The translations under genes and the position numbers were made by a program. From Paraspadella gotoi (lineage: Eukaryota; Animalia; Chaetognatha): a stretch of 64,000 bases of DNA. The notes beneath the pieces are model-generated. The model was given only the letters and a program-made list of their open reading frames with translations, did not search any database and was not told the DNA's origin. Location: the NCBI GenBank assembly GCA_051294375.1, contig CM119268.1, positions 857,218-921,217 on the forward strand, given 5' to 3'. Shown here piece by piece: positions 52,130-64,000 of this stretch; the first letter of the stretch is position 1, and the number at the start of each line of letters is the position of its first letter.

Positions 52130-52472
52130 AATCTTAACGCTAAACCCTTAATCCTAATTTTTACCCTAACTCTAATCCCTAACTCTAATCCCTAACTCTA
52201 ATCCTTAACTCTATTTCTTAACTCTAATCCCTAACTCTAATCCTTAACTCTAATCCTTAACTCTAATCCCTAACTCTAATCCCTAACTCTAAACCCTAAC
52301 TCTAATCCATATATCTAATCCATATATCTAATCCCTAACTCTAATCCATAACTCTAATCCATAACTCTAATCCCTAACTCTAATCCCTAACTCTAATCCC
52401 TAACTCTAATCTATAACTATAATCCCTAACTCTAATCCATAACTCTAATCCCTAACTTTAATCTCTAACTCT
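52130..52472 (+). repeat. 13-bp telomere-like minisatellite (CCCTAACTCTAAT)n, mirrored at ~54808-55140
   Basis: Direct tandem array containing CCCTAA. Confidence 0.9.
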
Positions 52473-52729
52473 CTTGCATGAAGCATGGAGCTCTTGCAGG
52501 GACCATGGAGCTATTGCATTGAGCTATTCTAGGAAGTTTTAATGAGTCTTGTTTACACTTAAGAGTCAATAAAAATCCCATAGAATCTCACTTAAAACTC
52601 ATTCTATATTTAATTCAAATTTCACTACGACAATCGAACATCAAAGAAAATCGATAAAAACTTTATTTCAAATTAAATGGAATCTCAATGGAACTTGACT
52701 GAATAAAAGTCTTCAACTCAAAAAAAAGC

Positions 52730-52777
<48 letters not shown>

Positions 52778-53098
52778 TTTGCCTTCGGATTCTTTGGATT
52801 TGGTTTCCTCTTCGTTTTCGATAGCTCCTTGAAAGCGACCAAATGAACCCATTGCAACCTCTTCCTTCCATCCGCTCCACGATTGGTCGCACATCGGTTT
52901 CTTTGGTGTCTCTGTTTTTACCACTCTTAGTATTTTTTGTGGTCAGTCAGTCTCTCTTTGCACAGAGATAGTATTTTTTTTAGGCTTTTTTTTCAGATAA
53001 AACTTTCCCTTTTCCTTTTTTTCTCTTTTCTTTTTTTTTCTTTTCTTTTCTTTTCTTCTTTTCTTTTCTTTTCTTTTCTTTTCTTCTCTTTTTTCTTT

Positions 53099-53194
<96 letters not shown>

Positions 53195-53521
53195 TTCTTT
53201 TCATTTTTTCTATTTTTTCTTTTCTTTTCTTTTCTTCTCTTCTTTTCTTTTCTTTCCTTTTTTTCTTTTTTTTTCTCTTTTTTTCTCTTTTTTTCTCTTT
53301 TTTTCCTTTCTTTTCTTTTCTCCTTTTCTTTTCTTTTCTTTTTTTTTCTCTTCTTTTCTTTTCCTTTTCCTATTTTACTTTTCTTGCTCATTTTTTCTCT
53401 CCCTTTATTCTCCTTTCTACCTTNNNNNNNNNNNNNNNNNNNNNNNNNTAAACAGAAGATTTTTGTTGTCAAAACAGAAAGAAAAAAAAAGAGACGTCGA
53501 GGAAGAACGTGGTGTGGGACC

Positions 53522-53585
<64 letters not shown>

Positions 53586-54085
53586 AGTGTGTGGAAGGTA
53601 GGCGTTAACAGTTGGCGCTTAACGGGCGCCAACCAAAACAGAGACCGCCGGGAATGCCGCCTCAAAAGGCGCCGTTTGTCGGCGGCGGAAGCGGCGCGGC
53701 GTCAAAACGAAGGTTGAGGAGGACCTGAGGGAAAGAGGCGGACCGAGGCAATTACCGAGTGGGAGGGGCGGAGGGGGGGAATGGCGGAGGGGGGAGGGGG
53801 AGCCGAGGGATGAAATGGGCGGAGGGGCGGAGGGGCGGAGGGAAAGAGTGAAGGTAGAAAGGAGAATAAAGGGAGAGAAAAAATGAGCAAGAAAAGTAAA
53901 ATAGGAAAAGGAAAAGAAAAGAAAGAGAAAAAAAGAAAAGAAAAGAAAAAGGAGAAAAGAAAAGAAAGGAAAAAAAGAGAAAAAAGAGAAAAAAAGAGAA
54001 AAAAAAAGAAAAAAGAAAGAAAAGAAAAGAAAGAGAAGAAAAGAAAAGAAAAGAAAAAATAGAAAAAATGGAAAAGAAAAGAAAA

Positions 54086-54130
<45 letters not shown>

Positions 54131-54488
54131 AGAAAGAAAAGAAGAAAAGAAAGAAAGAAAGAAAAGAAAAAAGAGAAAAAAAGAAAAGAAAAAGAAAAGA
54201 AAAGAAAGAAGAAAAGAAAAGAAAAGAAAAAAAAAGAAAAGAGAAAAAAAGGAAAAGGGAAAGTTTATCTGAAAAAAAGCCTAAAAAAAATACTATCTCT
54301 GTGCAAAGAGAGACTGACTGACCACAAAAAAATACTAAGAGTGGTAAAACAGAGACACCAAAGAAACCGATGTGCGACCAATCGTGGAGCGGATGGAAGG
54401 AAGAGGTTGCAATGGGTTCATTTGGTCGCTTTCAAAGGAAGCTATCGAAAAACGAAGAGGAAACCAAATCCAAAGAATCGAAGGCAAA

Positions 54489-54551
<63 letters not shown>

Positions 54552-55891
54552 CTTTTTTTTGAGTTGAAGACTTTTATTCAGTCAAGTTCCATTGAGATTC
54601 CATTTAATTTGAAATAAAGTTTTTATCGATTTTCTTTGATGTTCGATTGTCGTAGTGAAATTTGAATTAAATATAGAATGAGTTTTAAGTGAGATTCTAT
54701 GGGATTTTATTGACTCTTAAGTGTAAACAAGACTCATTAAAACTTCCTAGAATAGCTCAATGCAATAGCTCCATGGTCCCTGCAAGAGCTCCATGCTTCA
54801 TGCAAGAGAGTTAGAGATTAAAGTTAGGGATTAGAGTTATGGATTAGAGTTAGGGATTATAGTTTATAGATTAGAGTTAGGGATTAGAGTTAGGGATTAG
54901 AGTTAGGGATTAGAGTTATGGATTAGAGTTATGGATTAGAGTTAGGGATTAGATATATGGATTAGATATATGGATTAGAGTTAGGGTTAGAGTTAGGGAT
55001 TAGAGTTAGGGATTAGAGTTAAGGATTAGAGTTAAGGATTAGAGTTAGGGATTAGAGTTAAGAAATAGAGTTAAGATTAGAGTTAGGTTGGGATTAGAGT
55101 TAGGGATTAGAGTTAGGGTAAAAATTAGGATTAGGGTTTAGCGTTAAGATTTAGGATTAAGTTAAAAAGTTTATAAATATATTATTATGTTAAATACTGA
55201 AGTTAAAATTAAATTTTGGGAAAAACAAAGAAAAATGTGGCAATATGGGAAAAAAAGGACAAATACGGCAATGTCATTTTTTTGTATCTTTGTGGCGAGA
55301 CTTACGGCTTTTTTTTTTCGGGGTGGCGAGTCAGTTTTCTTTCATCGATTTGATGTAAACGAAATAGAAAATTAATCGGAAAATAAATGTGGATCAAGAA
55401 ACTAGTTTTGATTGGGATTCATCGGTCGAATTAAAAAAAAAAAAAAAACACCGGTAGATTTCGGTAATGTGTTCGTAAGCAAAACGGCTTCGTTTTTATT
55501 CAAAATTATTCAATTATTCACGGTTAAAAGTTAAATAGCGAGTGATATACATGACAATTGAAACAGTCCATTTTTTTGCAACAAAAAAAAAATTCCTGTT
55601 GTTTCTTCTTTCTTTTTATTTTCGAAATCCGCGGCTGTCGGGTGAGTCAACCAGGACTGAGGTAAGGTTCTCAAAGAGCAAAAAAATTTCCGCGAGAAAA
55701 AATCCGAAGAAAAAAAAAACAAAATAACGAAACAAAAAAAAAACGAAAACAACGTCGACGACAACAACAACACCCGCCCCAGCGAGAGGAAGAGAAAAAT
55801 ACGTGTAACGAAAAAATTCGTCTGCTTTTACTTTTTTGGCAGAAAAAAGGAAGAGAAACGATGATAAACTTGTGTTTGGTGGTTGAGAGCA

Positions 55892-55923
<32 letters not shown>

Positions 55924-55963
55924 TCTTTTTCCCTCGAAGATTTGCTTACCATTCAGAGATTCT

Positions 55964-56040
<77 letters not shown>

Positions 56041-56353
56041 AGCGCCTGGGAGAGAAAGAGAGCGAGAGAGCCTGGTTGTTGTTTATAGTGCCTTTGATTC
56101 ATCCAGAGCGAAGGAGAGTAACCATGATGGACAAGATGGAGAGAAGGTTCGAAAGGAGGAGGAGGAGGAGGAGGAGGAGGAGGAGGAGGAAATGGAAGGA
56201 AAATATGAAGAGGAAAGTCAATCGACGGGAGAAGAGAAGAGAGGAAGAGGAGGAGGAGAAAGAGAAGACAGATGATCGTGATCGATTCATCGTAAGAGGA
56301 GGAGGAGGAGAGGAGGAGGAGGAGGAAGAGGAGAACGATAGAAGAGAAGGGGA

Positions 56354-56384
<31 letters not shown>

Positions 56385-56574
56385 GAGAGATTCTAAGAAT
56401 TTTTGAGGAGAAAAAAATAATGAAATCCTGGGATCCTTGACGGAGGGAACGAATTTTTTTGGGAGAGAGAGAGAGCGAGTGTGTGAGTGTGTGGGAGAGG
56501 AGAGTGAGAGAGATAGACATAGAGACAGAGAGCGCAAAACGATCGGAATGTGAGATTAGAAGAGATTTTTTGCG

Positions 56575-56628
<54 letters not shown>

Positions 56629-59600
56629 CTCCTTTATCTGTTGCATAACAATTCAGCGCCGCTTCAGTGATTCAGTGATTGAGTGATTCAGTGATTCTGT
56701 TTAGTTGACCGTAGTTTGTTGTTTTTTATTTAACGAATCCAGAAAGAAGAGATTTTTATGAGGCGTTTTGACGCTTTGATGAAACTAGAATGAGATTCGA
56801 TGATGAATCATCATCATTGATGATACTGGAAAATTTATCATTGAAAGTTTACGAATATACGTTGAAAGAGGAATGGTTTTAGGGTTTCGGTCTAAAATTG
56901 AGCCAAACATTGGGTTGAATACGAAAATGGTACAACAAATATAAAATTTAGGGTTTAAATCAAGTTCAAGTAACTTGTAAATTTTTAGTCTGATTTTTTT
57001 TTACGTTTTTTTATTTTTTTCTTAAAATGGTGCAGAAACGCAAAAAATTGGCGAAACAGCGCAAAGAGTTCTCTAATCACTAATGGTATGATTAATTAAT
57101 CTGATTACCTCTTGACTGATTATTGATTGGTTCATTGTTTTACCATCTACATTTGATTTACAGAATGATCAAGATCGATTACTGATATTGACAATCGAGA
57201 TTGATTTTTTTCGTGATTGAAGAATGAAGAGAGAGAATGATTTCGCGAAAATGGAAATTAATCAAAAGGCCTTTCTCTTGTCTAGAGCAGTTTTCTTTTT
57301 TTCACAGCTGTCCTTTCCTCAAATTCTTGTCGAGTTTTTCTTCTTTTTTTTTTCTTTTGCAACTTTATTCTTTCTAAATTCTCTATTTCTTTCCTTATTT
57401 ATTTCTTTGTTTGTTTCTTGTGTTTATATATTTGCTTCTTTTTTCTTTCTTCTTCTTTCTTTTTTCTTTCTTTCTATATTTCCGTTTTTTTCTTTTTTTT
57501 TTTTCTCAGATTTTTTCTCTCTATTCCGTCTCTCATTGCGTCACCACGTCAATCCATCGCTACTACGTCACAAAACCACGTCAATCCATCGCCAACTACG
57601 TCACAAAACCACGTCAATCCATCGCCAACTACGTCACAAAACCACGTCATATGGCGTCTATTCGAACGTCAATTCTTCGCGACGTCAAATTTTCTCTTTG
57701 TCTTTCGGTTGTTGTTCTTTTTCATCGTCGTCGTTGTCATCGTCGTAGTCGTCTGCCTCCTGGCTCCTCCTCGCGGACTAATCAACGCAGCCGGCTTCAT
57801 CGTCGTCGTCGTCGTCGTCGTTCACGCAAGGACGATCGAGTTCATCTTCTCCTGTCACGTGACCGGCGTCGGTAAAAAGGCTGAGCCGACAGAGTTGCGG
57901 TCGAAATTGGCGGAGGTTGAATGCTGACCGACACATTTGACCCGAAAGAATTGGGCTTGGACCGACACTTTGGGCTTGGGAATGGAATTGGGCGTGGACC
58001 GACACTTTCTCGGCGCCTCGCTCGCCTAACGATTGACTAATTGGCTCGGACCGACAATGTCTCGTTGGTCCAAGGCTTTCTTTACCGACGAACCCCCGCT
58101 TTTTTGGATCGAAGCTTTGGCCTTGGACCCACGGCCAAGGTTTCATTCCCCGTCGCCATAAAATTTCCGAATTTTTTCCACGAATATTTTACGATAAAAG
58201 TTAAAAGTTTACGTTTTTATGAAATTGAATGTGAAAAATAAAATTGAGGCGACCAATTTAAACCGGTTAGGAGCGCGGGTAATCGAAAAGCAGGGTCTTA
58301 AGATTTTCACGCATCAATTGTCATAATCTTGTCGTAATTTCCAAATGAATGCGTTTAAAGATCTCACGTGGTCTACCGTCCGTCAATCCGCTCGTTTCTC
58401 ACCACGAACGCTGGACCTTCTCGTCAGCTTCTTCTAGATCTAACGAATCGCGCCACGGAAGGACCGCAGTTGACATCCTCTAATAGAGGTCAAAGTTCAA
58501 ACGTCCCGAAAGAGTCGCGTGTGAATCGTCGTCTTCGTCGTCGTCGTCGAGGAGTCACGACATCACGTGACCTTCACTGATGACGTCAACCAAACCCCCC
58601 CCCCAAATAAAACGGAAATACTAAACGAATTAACAAATCGAGTTTTCTGATGAGTTTCTTGGAAGTTTTAGTCGGATCTGCTTACAGTACATTACCGCGC
58701 CGACGATTCACTTTGTCGGTCCGTCGGTTCCCACCACAAAATCTTGTCGGTAAGTCATTTAGATCGTGTCAGAACTTACAATTATGATAAATTATGCAAA
58801 AAAAATTATCATTCCGTTCCGTCCGCGGTCCTCTCTCAGCTTTTAACGATAAATACTCATGATGGATGAGGCTACTGACTAGAAATTTTGTGTGTGGGTA
58901 GGAAATGTGTGATTGAGCTGGAAATCAAGTTTTGATGGAATCTTCGAGTGGAAATGAGTTTGAATGGAAAAAACAAAAAATCTGTTTCACAAATTGATTA
59001 TGCTTTTTTATTTATATAATAAATTGTAACTCTGATTAATTAATTAAAAAAATATTAATTATTAATTAGTCATTAAGTTATTCAATTAATTAATTAATTA
59101 TTACATATTTTAATTTGAGAGGGAAAAGAGGATGGTTAGCTGGTATTGTTTTCTCAAATTGTTTGTTTGATTTTGTTTCTCTTTTCTCTTTTACTCTGTC
59201 TTTTTTTCATTCTCTCTCTCTCTTCTCACTCATTCTAAAAAAAGAGAAAAGAAAGGGAAAAAAGAAGAGACAGAGAGCAGAGAGAGAGAGAGAGAATGAG
59301 AGAAAGATAGAGAGGGCGCTATTATCCGCTCTTCAAACAATCCCGCCAAAACCGTTTTTTTTTGTTGCCAAAAAAAAGAAGAAAAATTGACAAAAAAAAG
59401 TTTTGAGTTTTGACCAAAAAAGGTTAAACGTTTGGCGAGAAAAGAATTTCCGATGCCGCCTCGAAAGTCAAAGTCTTTCTGACTCAACTGTTAACAAAAA
59501 ATGATTTGATCGGAAAAAATAATATTTTAAAATCTCTGGGACAAAATTACGAAAATTATTCGTTTAATAATTAAGCTGTCTTGCCCCTGACTTTGGACAC

Positions 59601-60732
59601 CTACTACGGTCGGTTATGGTATGCCTATAACATAGTAAGCCTTTGTAAATTGTATATGATATATGAAATTGGTACAACCAATATAAAAATTATCCGTTCT
59701 TTTAATAAATAAGCTATCTTGAATATTGTATCAACACTATTTTTTCGCAAAATAATTTGCGTTTTTGGTTGATAATTTAAAAAACTAAAAAAAAATAAGG
59801 CCATTAAACTAAATTTGGGGCGTTCTGGGAAAATATGGCCAAAATTGTGCTTCCCTTTTGTTTTTTGGGCGCGACGATGTTGACCATGAAGATGACGACG
59901 ACGACGACGACGACGACAACCGAAAAAATTCCTATCTCGTGAAAAATCTCTCTTTGGCTGTTTTTATCTCAGCCATCAACTCCTCCCTTTCATTTTCTAT
60001 TGAGCGGAAACAAAAAAAAAAGAAACAAAAAAAAAAAAAAAAAAAGAAACAAAAAAAACAACCTTTTTTTCGTTTTTTTTTAATGCGATAAAAACTGTGA
60101 ATTCAGTTCATTTCTTTCTTTTTTACTCCTTTTTTTCTTTTTTCTTTTTTTTTAACACGCGCGATTTCTTTTAATGTTTTTAGGGGCGCGACCTCTCGGC
60201 GTTGCAAGGATAATTAGAGTCGCTTATAATTCGTTGGATGAGGCTCTAATTGAGCCTTGATTAAAATTTATGTCTTTTTCGCATAAACAGTCGATTAGAG
60301 CTTATTAGGGTCAGCGGTTCTTTTTTTAAGGGGGGGGGTTCATTGCTAACCTTTTTTGTTACTTTTTTATTATTGTGTTTTTTTATTTGGACGTCCGCAA
60401 AGAGGCCAATGCATTGATTTCAGTTATATAATTTATTTGTTTTTTTTTCCGCTTGGAGATTCGTTATGAATTTTGGGCCTTTTATATGTAGAGTTAAACA
60501 TTAAATAACGTCGCGGATAAATTAGTTTCCAAACTACGAACGAAGCTGTTCTCCTTAAATTAAAAACGCTCCCCTTAAATTAAAAATGCTCCCCTTAAAA
60601 ACAGAAAAGGAGAACCGAAAAATTAACTGGAAAAAGAAAAGAAAAACCGGAAAATGAACTGGAAAAAGAAAAAAACCCGGGACAGAAAATACGCAATGAA
60701 AAATAGAAAACAGAAAATGGAAAACGAGAATG

Positions 60733-60834
<102 letters not shown>

Positions 60835-62495
60835 GAAAAACAGTTGGACAGTTGACTTCACGAGAAATTTCATTACAAAATTTTTTCGTCGTTTGGCTTC
60901 GACAGATGAATCGATGTATTGAAATCAGAAAAAAGCGAATCGAATCGAATTGGCTAATTGCACAATGTGGCTATCATTTTTATAGCAAGAGAGAGATAAA
61001 AAAAAAGGTTTACATTAGTAAAGTAAATAACTCTAATTTCTTAATATAAGTTTTGCGACCGGCGTTTGATCAGTGAGACAAATGGCATAGAAATTTCTCA
61101 AGAATTCGTTTGGCGATTTTCTTTTCTTTCTCGTCGCATTTCATTTCCTTTCTATTCGTTTCCTTTCGTTGCGTTTTTGAAATTTGTTTGCCTAAATTGT
61201 CATAATTTTTTGCCCTGATGAAGGTTCTAATTAAGAACCGAAACAAATATTTTCTTTCTTATGAAATTGGTACAACCAATATATAATAATACTCAGAATC
61301 TCCACTAACGTATTCTTTATTTCATTAGTAATTTCTTGGACTTTCAAGTGTTTATCTCTATCTTTTTAATATTGAAATATATTTGTCAATATCGGTCATC
61401 GTTATCAATAAATAGTTCATCTACTTAATTTTATGTGCGAAAGGTTAACTTTTACGTTTCATGGACATTCGATTCACTCTGCCTTCTTTTTTATCTTATC
61501 ACAAATAAAGGATTTATCGTCCGTTTCATCGACCAACGCAAAGTTCTCTTTACTTTCTCATAATTTCAATTTATCGATTAAAACATTTTTTTACCCTTTT
61601 TTTCACAATATCGTTTCCCGTTAAATCTCCAAGATTTTTATTTTTGCCGGCGCAACAACGCTCGAGGAAAAAAAAATATTAGTTTTTCCCTTTATAAGTT
61701 TATCGACCGGAAAATAAACCTACGCTACGAAAATAAGGGAATTTTTTTTTTTTATGTTTGTGGAGAAAAATCTTTTGAACCGTGAAAAATAAAAAATAAA
61801 AAAAAATAGAGAAAAAAAACTCCGGTGAAGAAAAAACTCGAGCTTCGTTTCAAAAAAACAAAAAAATCATCCAACCAAACTTCAACGTTTTCAATTTCTT
61901 TTTGTTAATTTTTGTAAAATAACTTTAAAATCTGACTTAACATTAAGTTAACAACACATCCGACTTTCTCCTTTTCCGTCGGATTTTTGCTGTCGCCTTT
62001 ATCCGAATTGACAACTCGATCTTCATAACGTCTTTTGTTTTAATGTTCGCTTTCCCAATAACTGGTATTACTCATCCGTTCTTGACTTTGTTTATCATTC
62101 TTTTTTTGCTCTTAAATCCTAAATCCTAATTTTCTCCATTTCGTCCTGGTTCCCAGAGTCACAGAATCTCAAAGTCATACATCAACAAATAAACAATCAA
62201 ACGTTTCATGTTCTACTCCGTCATTTCTTATTCTCCTCTTCCATTGAATCGCTCTATCCTGTAAACCCCTCTAAACCCCTCTAAACCCCCTTTAAACTCT
62301 TCTTACCCCCTTTAAAATTCCCTTTTCACCCGCCCAATGTCCTCAGACGTTTTTACCTTTTTCGAGGATTCCCTTAACCACTCTTCGACCTCAGCCCCTC
62401 GGTTAACCCAGCCTTAACCCCTTTTTCGTCATTCCTAATCATCCTCTCTTTTTACGCTCCCTCTCCCTCTCTCACTCTCTCTCCCTCATTCACTC

Positions 62496-62563
<68 letters not shown>

Positions 62564-62622
62564 TGATTTCAACAAAGTTGTAAACGTCGCTCTACTTGTT
62601 CCCTCGTGTTCTCAGTTGTAAA

Positions 62623-62658
<36 letters not shown>

Positions 62659-63016
62659 CTCTGTATTGTTGCCATCGACGTCCTCGAGTATTGTTACCAT
62701 TACTTATTACTATTACTATTACTTACTAATGTCGTTGTTAATTTCATACGTATGTAATGTACCTATATATATATTATATATACCTATAATTACTACTACT
62801 ACATACTACGGTGCATTTAAAGTCATAGTCATAGTCATAGTCCGACAACAGTCTGTATCATCGTCGTCGTTGTACAACAGTCTGTATCGTCATTGTTTTC
62901 TTGTTTACATCTTTGTTTACGTAAACACTTAATGTTTAATGCTTAATTGTCGTTTGTTTATATCGTTGTTTTGCTCGTCGTTCCGGGTTTTTTTTTTGCT
63001 TCGCTCTTTGCTTCAC

Positions 63017-63094
<78 letters not shown>

Positions 63095-63614
63095 TCCACT
63101 TTCCTCCGTTAAACGTTTGGTTGGGGATCAAAGCGAAGGAAGGGGAGGGAGGAAAAAAAAAGAAAAACAAATAAACGAGGACAAAAAAAAGACAAAAAAT
63201 AGAGAGGAAAGAAAAGGAGGAAAGGAAAGAAAAGGAGGAAAGGAAAGAAAAAGTAGGAATAAAGAAGAAGAAAAAGGAAAGAAAAGGAGGAAAGGAAAGA
63301 AAAGGAGGAAAGGAAAGAAAAGAAGGAAAGGGAAAAAATGAGAAATGAAAAGAGAAGTAAGAAAGGAAAGAAGAGGGGAAAGAAAAGAAGAGGAGGAAAG
63401 GAAATAAAGAGAGGAAAGGAAAGAAAAGGAATGAAAAGAAAAGGAGGAAAGAAAAGGAGGAAAGAAAATAAAGCGAGGAAATAAAAAAGGAGGAGGAAAG
63501 AAAAGAAAAGGAGGAAAGGAAATAAAGCGAGGAAAGGAAAGAAGAGTCTCCGTCGGGAACGCGAAGTTAATGAAACGATGGGCGAGCGACGGAGGAAACG
63601 AATGGAGGAAAAAA

Positions 63615-63845
63615 AGGAAAGAGAGAAGATGGCATCTCAGAGAAAGGAAAGAGAGAAGATAGCATCGCAGAGAAAGGAAAGAGAGAAGATGGCATCTCAG
63701 AGAAAGGAAAGAGAGAAGATGGCGTCGAAGAGAAAGGAAAGAGAGAAGATGACATCTCAGAGAAAGGAAAGAGAGAAGATGGCGTCGAAGAGAAAGGAAA
63801 GAGAGAAGATGGCATCTCAGAGAAAGGAAAGAGAGAAGATGGCAT
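63615..63845 (+). repeat. 30-bp purine-rich minisatellite
   Basis: About 8 copies of AAGGAAAGAGAGAAGATGGCATCTCAGAGA variants. Confidence 0.9.
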
Positions 63846-64000
63846 AATCCCTAAATCCCTAACCCTAACCTAATCCTCGACTCTTAACTCTAAACATCTA
63901 AAAAAAGTCGCTAAAAAAACAAAAAAAACAAAAAAACAAAAAAACAAAACAAAAAAACAAAACGACAGACATTGGACAATGGACAATGGACAATGGACAT

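Larger units (their letters stand above)
47921..59354. repeat. Large inverted duplication, ~5.5-kb arms (47921-53423 and 53851-59354)
   Basis: The arms are reverse complements throughout (mirrored ORFs such as 48700-48912 vs 58368-58580 and 49039-49239 vs 58041-58241). The centre holds a 25-N gap (53424-53448) and a ~400-bp spacer. Confidence 0.95.

Noticed and set aside
52130-52472. Telomere
   Set aside because: It is an interstitial 13-bp unit rather than a pure TTAGGG array, with ordinary sequence on both sides.

Overview
AT-rich, microsatellite-rich animal (invertebrate-like) genomic DNA with five spliced genes, all on the + strand: the 3' part of a Nova/pasilla KH RNA-binding protein, a MARCH-type RING-CH E3 ligase, tektin-2, a mitochondrial-clan cytochrome P450 and an ENPP4/5/6/7-like phosphodiesterase. 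The most striking non-genic signal is a set of miniature LTR retrotransposons (TRIMs) with tRNA-like Pol III modules inside their LTRs. Two are complete (LTR-PBS-PPT-LTR, 4-bp TSDs, the same PBS TGGTGAGCCC, unrelated LTRs), and several solo LTR-like copies bring the total to up to four families. Other signals: tandem duplications repeatedly anchored on splice sites, frequent GC donors and AAG/GAG acceptors, several MITE/HINE-like elements, and an ~11.4-kb inverted duplication (47921-59354) centred on an assembly gap that may be an artefact. All gene models were built by eye, and protein identities rest on remembered family motifs, not database searches.
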